From Raillietiella orientalis (lineage: Eukaryota), in the NCBI GenBank assembly GCA_036172245.1, contig JAYWIR010000027.1, positions 496,001-560,000 of the forward strand: DNA of 64,000 nt, read 5' to 3'. This document shows positions 39,073 through 51,929 of the stretch, piece after piece. The position numbers were made by a program, and so were the translations under genes. Under the pieces are notes generated by a model that saw only the letters and a list, made by a program, of their open reading frames with translations, did not search any database and was not told where the DNA came from. Each line of letters starts with the position of its first letter. Position 1 is the first letter of the stretch.

Positions 39073-39799
39073 TTGTTGCGTGATTCTTAAATGAATCCAC
39101 CTCACTGTGAGTCAGACTGTGGAAACATGTTTGCGGGACGTGGTTGAAAACTTTTCTCGATACCTCACCTAGGCAGCGTGAAGTACCTCTGTCGCGACAA
39201 TTTTTTGTACTTTGACGTAGCAAGTGACGTTGCAAGGAAAATGAACAGAGTGCAGTGAGGAATAGAGGCGCGGAACCCACCCGGCAAGGCCCCACCGCAG
39301 GAGCCCGAAGCAGAGAAAGAGAAGTGGGCCGATAGGATGAAGGTGTAGCAGCATGAACCATCTGTCCAGACACTTGTGACAACTACGAGGGGTAGCAACA
39401 AAATGCAGAAACATCCCAGGAATATCGACTTCGCGCGATCTAGGCGATCGTACCGTTCGTGGGGGGATTGTAGGTGCGTGCCGACGTCTGCATCGTGATC
39501 GACGACCTCGCTGACAACGACTGTTCTTCAAGGGGGAACCCTCGGGAAATCTGTGCGTATGCCTTGGCCACCATTCATCTGTCGGGAATCGAGTTCAAGG
39601 CGTAGTACGTCACATCATCTAAGTATTTTGAACAGTTCGTGGACGTCGTCGACCTCACCGAAAAAGTTTACAAAGGTGGGTCGTACTGCGGACAAGGTGT
39701 GAATATTCAAAAGCACCTAAAACGTGAACATGGTGCGTCTCGACGAACATCCGAAAAAGCTCCACTTCACTTATCTTGTGCAGGTTGCCTTATGTAGCA

Positions 39800-41300
39800 A
39801 TTGCATCTCATTGGGGCACCTTACGGCGCAGTGACACAGTCGTAGACACCGGAAGTGCCGCAAGTGCAGAAAATCATGTCTTTTTGCATGTTTCCATGGA
39901 AACACGTCAAAGAGCTAGGCTTGCAAGGAATACGCTCAAGTGTTCGTGCCTCAAATTGCCAGCGGGAGTGTCTGGTCTTACTCCTTCGGGGCATCCAAGA
40001 GTTCTTTAAATTAAAGCTCCTCCTGCTGCCATGCCAATCCACGGTATTCACGAAGTGTGTGGTGAGCTGCAGCTGGATGCCGAAGCGGTCAGGTAATTGC
40101 ATACGGTTTCTGAAATGAGGTACGCATGGGTTGTATTGCGATTATCTGTCTCTTTCAAGAGCAGTCATATTTTTTTTTTCTCGCAAGTCCACCTTGCTTC
40201 CTCCGGCGTCTTTTCGATGCTGTTCTATATGTGCTGTGAGTTGACACAAAAGAAACTTTGGTGCTGCCGATCACAGGCATGGAAGGAAGACCTTACGAAA
40301 TGCAGTTCTCTGCAGAGCGTAGGTGGTTCAAACGATCTCGGAATTCACTGGGTCGATTTTGAGTCACAGCTAGGTTCACTATTCTTTCGAAATCGGCAAG
40401 TTTGCTTGTCATGGCCGGCCTTCTGACCACCATAGGTAGCCATGATACAGTCAGTTTGACGTGTGCTCTGTACAGACGGAAGTACAGACGGGAGTCCACT
40501 GTGATGCCCCAGGTGCGCGTACTGGAGTCTTCTGTATTTCGACGTGCAGTGGCAGTTTTCGTTTTGTTGCCAGTAATCTGTGAATCTTCGGCACATTGAT
40601 TCTTGTGCATTTCTGTTAATCCAGCATCTTGTGGCAGCCCAAGTCTCCCACGAGCTGATGGCAGCGGCGTGGCGGAGACTTCTCGCTCCTGGGAAGGGCG
40701 AATATTTTCGTGACGGCAGTTTGAATGCTTAGGGGGTTCTCACGGTTGAATCGGTAGGCCAGTCTGACCTTGCAGTCAAAAGTGTCGTTCTTCCGTCTAC
40801 TCCGAACCTCCGAGTGTCGGCTATGTTTTTTAAACGAGCATATTCATATGTCTGGAGTGTAGATATGCAGAGGAAACTATCATTCCTGGTTGGAAGGAAC
40901 CCTGTCTACAATGGATGATTATCCTCTGTGTGGAGTGATTCCCTTAGTTGCCTATTTTTTTTTTTTTTCGAACTGAAAAAGGACTTTAGGTGACTTTTAT
41001 AGGTGACAGCTTAGCTGCTTCACACTTTAGTGAGGTCTTTCAGGTCGTTTGAGCTTGCAGCCAGCTGCGTCAGATACCTGCCTAAAAGCCTCGAAGGCAT
41101 TTGTACAAGCATCTTGCACACCAGTACAATACTGCTGGCGTTGCGTGAGAAGCATTTTCCGTGTCCGTGTGGTGTCAAATGAAAAATGCCTTCCCACCAT
41201 TCCCTATACTAGTTTCCAGAAGACCAAACAGTTCGGTTGCAACTTTAGAGGGGACCTTGGATCTATTGTCCTCTTCATGAGAGCAGATTAATCAACAAAC
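39800..41300 (-). pseudogene. Decayed Jockey/I-group non-LTR element (RT C-terminal part and Cys motif)
   Basis: TWGITVDSRLYF (YLGxTLDSRLxF-like, ORF 40293..40610); IFCTCG near the 3' end (ORF 39821..40102). Confidence 0.5.
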
Positions 41301-42749
41301 TAGAGGGTTTGACCACGTCAGACTGAGCGATGAAGATCTAAAATGATACCTTCAAGGAGTTTGTAATCGATGTAATTTCACACTGTTGAGTCACTATATC
41401 AGTATACAGTGATCTTTACAGAGCTCTAGTATGAATATGGTGTTCCACATGACTTATCCACTGAAAATTGCACATCATTCCGCCCGTTTGTTCAGTGTAG
41501 ATGCCGACAAAACGAATCACAGTCAATGGTAGGCGTTCGGAGCAAGATATCCCAGATAAGTGGTGATTGAGTGCTGAAGTCCCGGCACAGAAGAGTCTGT
41601 GATCTCTTTCCTAAAGACTCACTGTTGCCTAGCCTCTCTTCCTGAAACTGCTGTCATATGTCTGGATGACTTGCGCCAACAGAAGTTGGCGAGGCTGCCT
41701 CCTTCTCCAAGTCTCATAAAATTTGTTGTCCAAACTGTCTGCCTGGTTGGACACTCCCAATGCATGCCTCCTTTCCTACGCAGTCGTGGGTGCACGATTC
41801 GTACTGGCAGAAAGTAAGAACATCGTTGCCCTGGACAACATCACGGAAAGGAACCTCATTGTACTGTTCAGTGGGCTTCGTCTAATGGGCACGTGCCATA
41901 TGGTGCCCTCAAATCTTCCGACTGTTGAGGGTGGCTAACAGCATAGCGTTGACAACAGCAAGCTAACTGTAAACACAGCTCGTTGCTGTGTTCAGTGAGA
42001 AAATTCATAATTAAAAAAATTGCAAAATCTTGGATCAAATCAAATCTTCTCCCTTTCCTTGGATGCCTCTCGGCCGCACCGAGGAGCAGGTGAGGTGTGC
42101 TGCATCCTTTCCCAGTTTGCACACTTCTAGGAAGGGTTATCTGGAGTGCGGCATTGATATGGTTGGGGATAATGCAGTGGCTGTTCTCTGAACCGAACTT
42201 CGGTTCTAACCGAAGGAAGGTAGTTGGGGAGGACAGCTAGCTAGCACCCCTGGTTGCATTGGAGTGTTTTTCCGCCCCGTGTGTGAAGACTTCTCACCGG
42301 GGGCATCGAGATTGCCGAAATGAGAAGGGACATTACGGACTCATGCAAGGAAAAGGCACACTCGTAGCGGAGGCTTTGCCGATACCCCTTGAGAGCTGAT
42401 GCCTAGTACTTTGGAGATGAATGCATGAGCCAAATGTTAAAAATAATTGATTTCTTCTGAACCATCTCTTTTCGATGGATTATCAGAAAACTTGCAACGC
42501 CTATTTTTATTCTCACACCCGAGGTGTGATCGTCTGCATTATCGCACATCCAGATCCAGATTGGACTGCAGGTCACTTTCTGGTGCACTGCTGAGCTGCT
42601 GGCAATTTTGATTCCCCACGCCATCTCAATACTACGGCTTCACAGTTATTAACAGCAGTGTCATACAGGAGAGGATGTCTCCTCAAAGAAAATTACATGT
42701 TCTCTGCAGCGGCTTCCGTGGTGCCAATTTAAAAGCCTTTTTGTGTAGA

Positions 42750-43260
42750 CTGCAGATGAGAACCAGGAATTCCTTGGAGCGGCTCGTTATTTAAGGAATT
42801 GCATCGGTCAACACTTTGGAACTTCAGACGTGTCAACTTTTGCGGTCTTTCATTCCACATAAGCATGCTAGTTTGTTCGGCGGTTGTATGGAGTTGGATT
42901 ACTCTTCAGTTTCTGTGTGCTTACTTTCCTCGAGCACACATTTGTTTGCATATTTGACGCTGACTGACAGGAATTCTGTTTGCTATGGTGTCACAGTAGT
43001 CAGAAAGATCGACCACACTTCTCAGGGTTGTACTTCTTCATTTAAGTCATCACCCTATTGTGCAGCACCATGTTTCTGCTAGTATTTCATGTTCTCAATG
43101 CAGATGCTTCTTTGGTTGCTTCTGGCATTTATCGTTTCTCACTTGTGCTACTATACCGTACTCTTGAGATCAGAGCAAATGGTAAGGTTTTGCTTTGTCC
43201 ATGAGACCAATTGCATTTGCTACGATTCGATGGTAACGTTCAGATATTGCTGTGAAAACT
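42750..43260 (-). pseudogene. Highly decayed CR1/L2-like RT (domains 3-5)
   Basis: EYGI...NQRSICIEN (YGI..W...RxQxV-like) and SVKYANKC (VKYADD-like). Confidence 0.35.
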
Positions 43261-44057
43261 TTCGCGCCAATAGATCATTTGTTATCCCCATCTCTGCCAT
43301 TCCGACTCCTCCGGTTCAAGATGCAGCAGGCACCTCTCCGGTTGTTTAAAGAAGCGGACAGGGGCATCCTTTGCGGATGAAATGGGAAGGAGATTCCCTT
43401 CTGGGTTCCCCTTTGGAGACAATCAGGGTGGGAGGTGCGATCCCTCCTGCGGGCATCGACAAGAGGCGCCAGAAGGTTGGCGAGAGCCAGTATGTCTAGC
43501 ACCGACTTAAGTAGATACTGAAGAGCACAGGGGCTAATTGTCTTGCATTATGCTTCCGCCTACGGCAATGCCTTACACGTGACAGTGGCTAAGATAGAAA
43601 CTGAATAGATAGGACGTGCGTCGCAAACCTAAGGTGTTCCAGGACGGCAACGCTCTTGGTTGTTTACTCCTTAGTTCACGTGGACTCCCACTGATCGTGT
43701 GCCAGTAGTTGTACTTTTGCAACCAGTTAGTGTTTTCTGCGCTCAGGGGATAGCCTCCTGCTTCAGGAAGCTGTCTCTCTTTATATCGTTGACACCAACG
43801 TGGATGCTCCAGATGACTCACCTCACGTCTCCTCGACATTCCAATTTTTTGGTGTCTTGCATACATCCTTAGAGGACGTTTCGCCCTCGGAGGTGAAGGG
43901 TGCAACGGCGCTGCCATCGTCTTCCGTTGTTAGGGATGTGGCATTCGAACTATTGTGCATCTGTTTGCAGTTCTGTTGCTTTTCCTTTGCTGTCGACGGT
44001 ATTACGATTGGTTAGATCACCATATTTACTACCTCATAGGAGAGGGAAGAGCAGAAA

Positions 44058-44082
44058 CGCTTCTCGACCTTTTGGCTAAGAT
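44058..44082 (+). ncRNA. U2 snRNA 5' fragment (truncated copy)
   Basis: CGCTTCTCGACCTTTTGGCTAAGAT versus the U2 5' end ATCGCTTCTCGGCCTTTTGGCTAAGATC: 24/25 matches; no U2 body follows. Confidence 0.75.
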
Positions 44083-44399
44083 ACTATGAGACCAATCTCG
44101 TATGTAAATCTCTTTCCGTGTTGCTGCTGCTTGTCGATGGATCTTTCGACGCAGCTACTCGATTTTCCCCTGAAGGCCTTCAGCTAGCGACGGTGCCCGA
44201 GCGAGCCCGAAGATGAGGCAGACTACTCCCTCTTCCTCTTTCCTCTCGAAAGAAAGACCCGGATGATAGTGGAGACAGTGGACAGTTAATCGTGTTCAGA
44301 AAACGATCCTCAACCTTTTTTCAACGCGAGTAAAAAAGGACGCGCTCGCGAGTGGGGACAATGTCGTTGACTGGTGCTAAACTCCTATGAATGCTTCAT

Positions 44400-45250
44400 T
44401 CTTGCGACTAATTTGACGCTTTTTTCGCAGTCCTTCCTTTCGGAACTCTTGGCTTTACTCGAGCAGCACCGCTTGAAGGGCACGCAATCGGCTGCCAAAT
44501 GCCCGGGCGTTTTTGCACTTTTTGTGTTTGCCGTTTCGGGACAAGTTGCCGAACGCCTCTTCATAACTTCCTGCCCTTCTAGGGTTCCCTCCTTGTGCAC
44601 TTCCGATACTCGATGGAGTTGCTGTCCGTATACACGGACGGATTGCTTTGCTGGTCCCCAAAAATGCCACGGGGCCGGATTTCATGCAGTGACCGTATCT
44701 TAGCAAAACTCTTATTTGCATCGCTCTTTAGGCGGAACACTGCAAGCTCTTTACCAGTAGGTCACTCGGACGAGTGTTCGTCCAGTCGGACAAAATTTGG
44801 GATATTGCTTTCTTTAATCATGCGAATTTCACGTTCCGGTCCTGTACTCTTTCCTTTGCATGACGATCGGTCTTACATCTAAGATTTTCCGAATGCTTCG
44901 GAAAATCTTAGATGGTCTCGTTCTCGATCTTCGCATCTGAACGGGACAGGTGCACCGTAGTCGCCTCGAAGATTTCCGTGCAGGAATCTCCCACTGAACG
45001 TAGCCTGTTGTCGAGGAGATTGTCGATTACTTCAGGTCTGTCTCTAGGCACGGTAAATCGCTGCCTTGATCTTTGGGAAGTGTATGTGTCGGCTCCACGA
45101 TGTGCTGAATTCAGGAGAATAGTACTCCTTCGACTGCAGAGCTTAGGGCGAGGATAAACATTGTTCATGAAGGAACGTAACCTAGCCTACACTGGCAACT
45201 TCCTATCTTCAAGGGGTGAAATATCCGTCTCCCGATCTGTGCATTCTCAG
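44400..45250 (-). pseudogene. Decayed RLE-type (Utopia/NeSL-like) RT fragment
   Basis: LRSVGDSCTEIF (ORF 44908..45168) mirrors GAGDSCTELI of the RT at 56974..57291. Confidence 0.4.
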
Positions 45251-46099
45251 TTTCCTTTGTAGCGTCTGCAATGCCAGCATCAGGATGGTTTGCTTGGAAT
45301 GAGTCACTGGCATTTCTTGCTTGATCAGGTCTTTTGAGATGTACTGGGACTATATCCCGTATTCCTCATTTTCATGCTTCTTATCCAAGACTTTTCATGA
45401 ATAGGGCGCGATGTGAGCAGCGTACCATGGGATTGTATCGCGGCGCATCGTATTCATGTAATGTTCCCGTCGGACTGTTCGTCCCGTGTTTACTGTTGTG
45501 GTTCTCTTCAGACTAAGCACCGCCTTAAGCAAGCTCCACTGTTGAAAAAATATTGCCCTATTATCCTCAGTGGCCAACGTTTGGATCCCGAGACTCTGCA
45601 TGACAGTTTGTCTCTTACTCTTCTGTGGTACTTTGCCTTGTCGTCTAGTCCTTCTCGTCGACTTCTGCTCTATCCTCCTGCTTTCGAACAGGGGTGGGTG
45701 CATTGTCAGTCGACATTGCGGCAAGGGTTTACAAAGGCGCTTTCAAATAGTTCTCTATTCCTCTATTAAGGAAACACAACCTACAGACCCACGGATGTGT
45801 TGTGGTCGAGGCGATCTGCCTTGTACTGGAACTCTTCTCCGCCTCACGAACTGCTTTCTCATTCTTTGATGGGCACAAAAAATGACTGCGGATCGAATGT
45901 TTTGTTCTCTCCCTGCCTGAAGTTGCTTGCCTCCTTGTTCCTTCAGATGGTTTTTTTTTTTTTTTTTTTCAAAACAGGTTTTTCCTTAATCAGTTTTGTA
46001 CCTCATGTTTTTTGATCCCGTGAGCAGAGTGCAAGAGGAGCAGAAGGGGAATAATATGAGAGGAAACATAAATCGATACATTGGGAAAGTGGAAGACTC

Positions 46100-47850
46100 T
46101 GGTCTTCTTGCTGGGAAAACAGGTGTGGCTCCATTCTAGTTTCTGCTCCTTCGAGTGCACGTTTTCTGGAACAGCACTTCTGGAGGATAGCGATGCTTCC
46201 AGAGTGCTTCGCACTGGCAACATGAGGCCTTGTCGATGTTGCTTTATCGTGCTTGGTCGCAAATTGGTATGTCACCGTGTCAAGCATGCTGGTAGCTCAA
46301 GGCTGGTAACCATTGCATCTGCGATTTCAAATTGTGCACTTGTTGGTGCAGCTGCGGTGATGACACGCATTGGGGAATAATTGCAATCGCATTCTTTCCC
46401 CTTGGATTCTGTCGCCGTATGACGGCGGAATCACATATACAGGCCCCTCTTGGCCTTCTGGAAAACATGCCAGACGAATTACTCAGATCCATGAGTCGCT
46501 TCGCTATACACATAAGGAGTCACCTGCCCTGTCAGAGCTCACGTGCACGCGATATGTGTGATGGAGTATGGGTTCTTATTTCATTTTCCCCCATACGTTG
46601 GTACCTTGTGGAGATGTCAATCTGCTAAGGAGCTTCCGCGCAAGGATAAACGAAAAATGCCCATCGGATTTGCTCAGTTTTTTCTGCGTCTTGTTTACAG
46701 TGGTAGGTTATTTTTGGGTACACCGTGCCCTTAGGGACGCTTAGCCTATCGACTAGAAAAGTGCGCTTCTCCAGGTTCCCTGTGGTACAAGGGCGCTCCC
46801 TGATTTCCTTCAGTTTTACAGCGGAATGTAGGAAAGCGTGCTAAAGGCGTGTTTATTATTCGTGATTATTAGTGGTCAAGGCAATTCATCTTCTGCAAAT
46901 GATACATCGTGTTACTCTTCCGAACGAGGAACTAAGTGATCTCTCAGATGACTGCTTCCTTGACCAGGAAACTTGCTGGGATGCACGAACGAAAGCCATG
47001 CTAGTCATGAAAATGACCAACGCAGTCGAGCTTTCCTTTCATCTAATGTTTCATCTATTTTAACCACTGTCTCAACATAAAAGCGTCCTTCCAGGGCAAC
47101 CGACCCATTCTGTGCTTTAAAAATCGTATTGCAGGATCCGTTTTTTATTGGAAGGCAGAAGGCATGAAGTAAGGGATAGGGAGTGGGAGCCAGAAGGCGG
47201 TACAAGGGCACGACCGTGGATTCTTGCGACCTGTCGCTGAATCCCGCTGTTGCCAATTGCCACCGTTCGCTCACGTGTAAATATTTGGAAAAAGAAGGGC
47301 ACTAGTGTGATTCATTAGTGTGGTTCAGCAGCCCGTATTATCACACCCGGTGGTGGATCGGGCTCCTGGACAATGAAGGTTACAGACCTAAAGGCTCCTA
47401 CTCGGGAGGTTTCTCGACAAAGGTTGGCCCTCAGTTCGGAAATGACACTGCGGTCCGAGCAGGCACAGAAAATACGTACGTTAGCACAGAAAATGTCCCA
47501 TTCAGGAGAATACTCCTCCTTTGATATGTGTGCTGAAATGCAGAGCGTAGAGCGAGGTCATAAAGGAACCTAGAGGAACCCAGCCTACTCAGCATCGGAA
47601 TCATTAAATGCTTCTTTGGGCCGACCGCACCGAGCTTCTATGTGGTGACTTCCAGGCCCAGTCATAATCTCTACGTAGGATTCACCCAGGAATGTCATGT
47701 TCTCTATTGACGGGCAATTTTATAGTAGCCGGCTGGAGGAAGAAATCGCGACCTCCACACTTGCACCCTGCACTCTCGGATTGGTCCTTCTTGACTCCCC
47801 ATATGTTACCATGATACCGTAACTCTGGTAACAGTAAATCTGGCATCTGT
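46100..47850 (-). pseudogene. Decayed CR1/L2/Jockey-like ORF2 (APE to RT N-terminus)
   Basis: ILLNGTF (GDFN-like) and FVEKPP..PLGL (V.xPTR...LDL-like), then CNYSPM...LE..MLDTVTYQF (NYxPI...QYGF-like). Confidence 0.45.
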
Positions 47851-48649
47851 AGATAAATACTACTGGGACGGACATTTCACTCTCTGGAGATAGGAAGTTG
47901 CCGTTGTAAGACCGATCTCGATATTCCCATCTACATCAGGCAAGGCTAACGAGAACCGATCATAATTTGTTTCATTTGGGTTTTCTATTTTCTCAGCCAT
48001 TATATTATCTACAATTTCTCTATATACAGATCCGTTTTAATAATACTACCAGGGGATCAGGCAACTGACGCACAGCCTGTATGCGCTGATACTGACGTTC
48101 AGTTGGAGATGTCCTCTACTGTGGAGTGGTTCTCTGCTGTGAATGCAGTTCTGATGCACTGATTACTGTTAGAATATCTGCTTCCGGATCTGCATATGTG
48201 TTCCCAAGTTCGATGCCGTGGACCGATGGGTTTCTGGCGCTGTACTGCAGCTCCCACTCAGCAGGCAGTCATGCATGTAGTTGTAGCCGAGATAAATCGT
48301 TTGGCTTCTTCATTCCGGAATGAGCACGGCGTTCCCATCCCTGTAGTACCACTCCTGCCTCTGGAAATCGCGACCTATTACGTCTTCACAAAGGACACGG
48401 ATTCTGGCCTGCACTCCCACAGTGTGGTTTATCTGCTGGACGCGCTGAGCGCTCCCTCGGGTCCTGCCACTCCTCTTTGCCACATCCCGGATCGGATCGG
48501 CTCTAATCGGGCGTTTCCTAGATAGGTGCTGGCTCGTAGATTCAACGGGAGCGCCTATTTCAGGTAGGGAGGGTCGCAGAAACTGCGAGGTGAGATCAAG
48601 CCGACTAGACAGGACCAGACAATTCCCTGGCCTATTGCTGGCCACGCTG

Positions 48650-49420
48650 TTTCCTGGTCCCCATCTTCCTTTCTCGGAAGGTGCTTTTAGAGGGAAGCGA
48701 GAAGTTGGCCGGATTCGTTCCCAAATTGGAGGGCAGATCCCGTGGCACTTCCTCTGCTGGCTGCGTGGCTGCGTGAGCAGGAAACTGGTTCACGGAAGGA
48801 AGGAAAGGAAGTCTTGGCTGCTTGTAGTAAAGTCTTTTCCGGATAACACCGGTGTCCGTTCCATCGGAGGGCCACGATGTTCCAGAGAAATAGTAGATCC
48901 GTATCCAGCGTTCTCATATCCAGAACCATCCTCCCTCCTGGCAGCGCAAACGTCCTTGAGACACAGCTATGGAGACATCCTTTTCAAGCAGCAGCACGAC
49001 TTTCAAGGGAAATATAGAAACAAAAAGGGAAGGACGAAAGTTGGGGCAGGGCTACGCCTCATCGAGAGGCGTCATGCCCCAACGTCATGCCCGTCAGTCC
49101 ATACCGACAGCAAAGCTCGAGGAAATGATGCACTGGGCAGCCGGTCTACCCGTTAACAGGACGAAGTGTACGGTTGTGCCGGCTGGAGCGTCGTCGGAGG
49201 GATAGCCGGACTTTCCCCATAGAATTCAAGCATCTTAGCGTACAAGTGAGCGCATTCTGCACTGCAGAAGCGGGTCCAGCTGCCTTTAAAGAGCAGAGAA
49301 GGCCCTTGGTCCGTTCCAGGAATGCAGTTCCCACATGCTACGGATTCCGGTACTTTTGGAGAAAGTACTTTTCCCCATTCACGGTGTTGACGTTACCAAA
49401 GCTGCGGTAACGTCAACAAC
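48650..49420 (+). pseudogene. L1/Tx1-like family A fragment
   Basis: AAGLPVNRTKCTVVPAGAS (ORF 48969..49205) matches GAGMSVNRAKCSVVPLGAS; then FKHLSV. Confidence 0.65.
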
Positions 49421-49779
49421 GTCTTTCCTCTTTTTGAAATTTGGGTCGAAATTCTTGCCTAGGTAGCCTCTCCTTTTCCCCCTTACCACCACTACTCTCG
49501 CTTGTGGTTTGACATCCGTCGACCATCAGTTGAAAACTGTGGCTCTACGCCGACCTCTTGTTTCGTTGTTCCTCTGTCTTCTGCACAGGGTTCATGAGCT
49601 TGATGATCTCGTAAGCCTCCAGCACGAGCACTGCTGCTGCTCCATAGGAGCAGATTAGGCAGCTGCCGGTAACTGCTTAGTCAAATGTCTGGAAGAAGAG
49701 AAGAGTCTGGAGAAGTCCTCCTAATCCACACCTCGTCTCTGGCAAAGGACTGGTTCAGTCGCCTGTGTTGCTGCGCCTC

Positions 49780-50400
49780 GCCAATCACAAGCCCTCCCTC
49801 GGGTGATAGCATTGAGTGACTCTTCAGGCCAGGTAGTGCAGTACGCGGGGAGACAGGAGATCCCTGTGATCCCTGAGGCACCCAGTTGACGCAGGCTGGT
49901 GTCGTTGGCCACGAGAGCCAAGTCAATCCTTCATAGTGTCCGTTGCTCTCTTGGGGAGGAAGCGTGCTGGTGCGCATGAAGATGTGGTCCCCAACTTCGC
50001 CTCAAGGGGATTCTTCTGAGCTGATACTTCCATCCGTAGCAGCCTTGGATTTGGTAAGGGGAGCGAATTCCTCCGTTTCTCCACGGTATATCGACGGCAT
50101 CTACGCTGGAGTTAGCCGATGCCGCGACCTCAGGTGATGATCACAGCTTGCAGTCCCGCTTGACGATTTCCCACCTTTCTGCCCACTCTTACTCCAACAA
50201 ACTGGCTACGATCATGGTCGGAGATGAGCGTACAAAACCGTCTGTTGCTTGAGAGGGAAGAAGAGGGGTCGAGATTGCTCATCTTCACCTTTCTTACTAA
50301 TGGGTTCCCCTTTAGAGTGTTCGTATCTGTCGGCAACGGGAGCATCTCCAGGTCCGGATCTCCAGGAACCAGCCTAGAGGCGTTGTCACGCGTCCCTTCG
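49780..50400 (-). pseudogene. Decayed APE endonuclease
   Basis: RIDLALV (SRID-like) with an upstream GDFN-like segment; many disruptions. Confidence 0.35.
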
Positions 50401-51897
50401 TACGTGAAGCACTGCCACGTGCCGGGTGCGTAGCAACCGTTTGCCACAGCGTGGAGGCCAACACGACAGAGGCGCCATCCTCTGGTACGAAACGCTCCAA
50501 AGCGATGGCTTCACGTGGGAAGCAACAAACACCAACTTGCCAGCATCCTCCAAAGGATGAACGGGAAGTCGTGGGACATGCAGCAATCCCTTCCAATCCC
50601 CCATTCCCACACTTTATTCATTTTTGTTTTCTTTTTCTCCATTTCCTGTGTGTCCGCGTGGAACCCTAAGCTGCAACTGGGAGAGCACTTCGGAACGTGG
50701 TAGAACCAATTACCCTACCACGAAACTGTACTCCGATTATCTTTCGATAACAAATGCTTCTGGAAAAACGGGTGAAAACCCTCACATCACAATTCTTGCC
50801 AAGTTTTATGACGTGTTGAGGGTTCAGCGTGCTCCACAGCTTTCTCATCTTCCCAGCTTTTACGAATTTTTTTTTTTGATCTAATTTTTCAGAATGGACA
50901 GGATCATCAGGGAAAAATCTTGATAAAGTTGTAGTGAGTAGATGTTATTTCATTGGGCATTATTTCAATATTCACAGATTCTTTATCTAACTCTAATATT
51001 GGTGTACAAGACTCTAATGTCTGGCCTTAATCCTTTTCTAGCCACAAATCCTGCTGTGGCTACCTCTAAATTGAATCCACAGGTAGCTCTAAATTTCATG
51101 TATTGTAGTTCGTTCTGATTCCTCAACTCTGCTCTTCACTCTGATGGAAGCTTCATCACCAATAATTCTCATTACCGCATAATCAAATAAGTCACCTCCT
51201 TTGTTGCTTCGATTATATAAAGTAGAGTACCTACTTCCATTTCACCAATAATAACACAAATATGTTGCGCAACTGCAGCATTCGCCTATTGCTTGCAAGG
51301 CACGCGCCGCCACCACTGAACCACAGGAAGTGTGGCTCCGGGCTGTGTCCTGTGAGGTTCCCTCACCTGCTTTTTTAGGTGCGTTGCCTTCAAGAGTGTT
51401 TGGGAAGATTTGGCTCCGTCCCCGTGGCGGCAAAAGCTATGATAATGGGGTCTCCGAGAAGAGGGACTCCTCTCTCTGTTGGGTAAGTTTTTTTCCTTGG
51501 TCAACCACGAGATGACCGCATTCAGCTTGGCGAATTCTGAGCCCCCAGAAAGCCAGCCTGACTTCCCCCAGAAATTTGCCGACTTAGTGAGACTGTCCTC
51601 CCTTTTGAAAGCCAATGTCTTTTCCTTAACTGCTTCGCAGCAAATATTCTTTTACAATGAGCTCCCATTCGAGATTAAGTGAAAAACGTCTACCCGGGAA
51701 AATGGCGCAGAAAGGACAGACCGATGGGCAACTCAGACGTCGGAAGATTCGAACCACCACTGCTCCAACACTGATGTGCGGCGCTGCGGGTCAGAATTTG
51801 CAGACAAGAGAAGGGTAATTGCGGAGAGAAGCCACCACATTTTTTTATTCAAGAAAATATATGATACAAATTTGCAGGATGGGTTTAACATATCTTC

Positions 51898-51929
51898 ACA
51901 CTTTGGTCTTAGCCAAAAGGCCGAGAAGC
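51898..51929 (-). ncRNA. U2 snRNA 5' fragment (approximately nt 4-35)
   Basis: Minus strand reads GCTTCTCGGCCTTTTGGCTAAGACCAAAGTGT, 31/32 to a U2 5' end carrying the three-A (ATCAAAGTGT) form seen in fly and nematode U2. Confidence 0.88.

Noticed and set aside
51150..51240. Kinase-like GGDLFDY peptide on the minus strand
   Set aside because: No other kinase motifs; an overlapping frame reads like an RT EVxYL segment.
51735..51765. tRNA T-loop / box B-like GGTTCGAATC
   Set aside because: No cloverleaf or box A could be formed.
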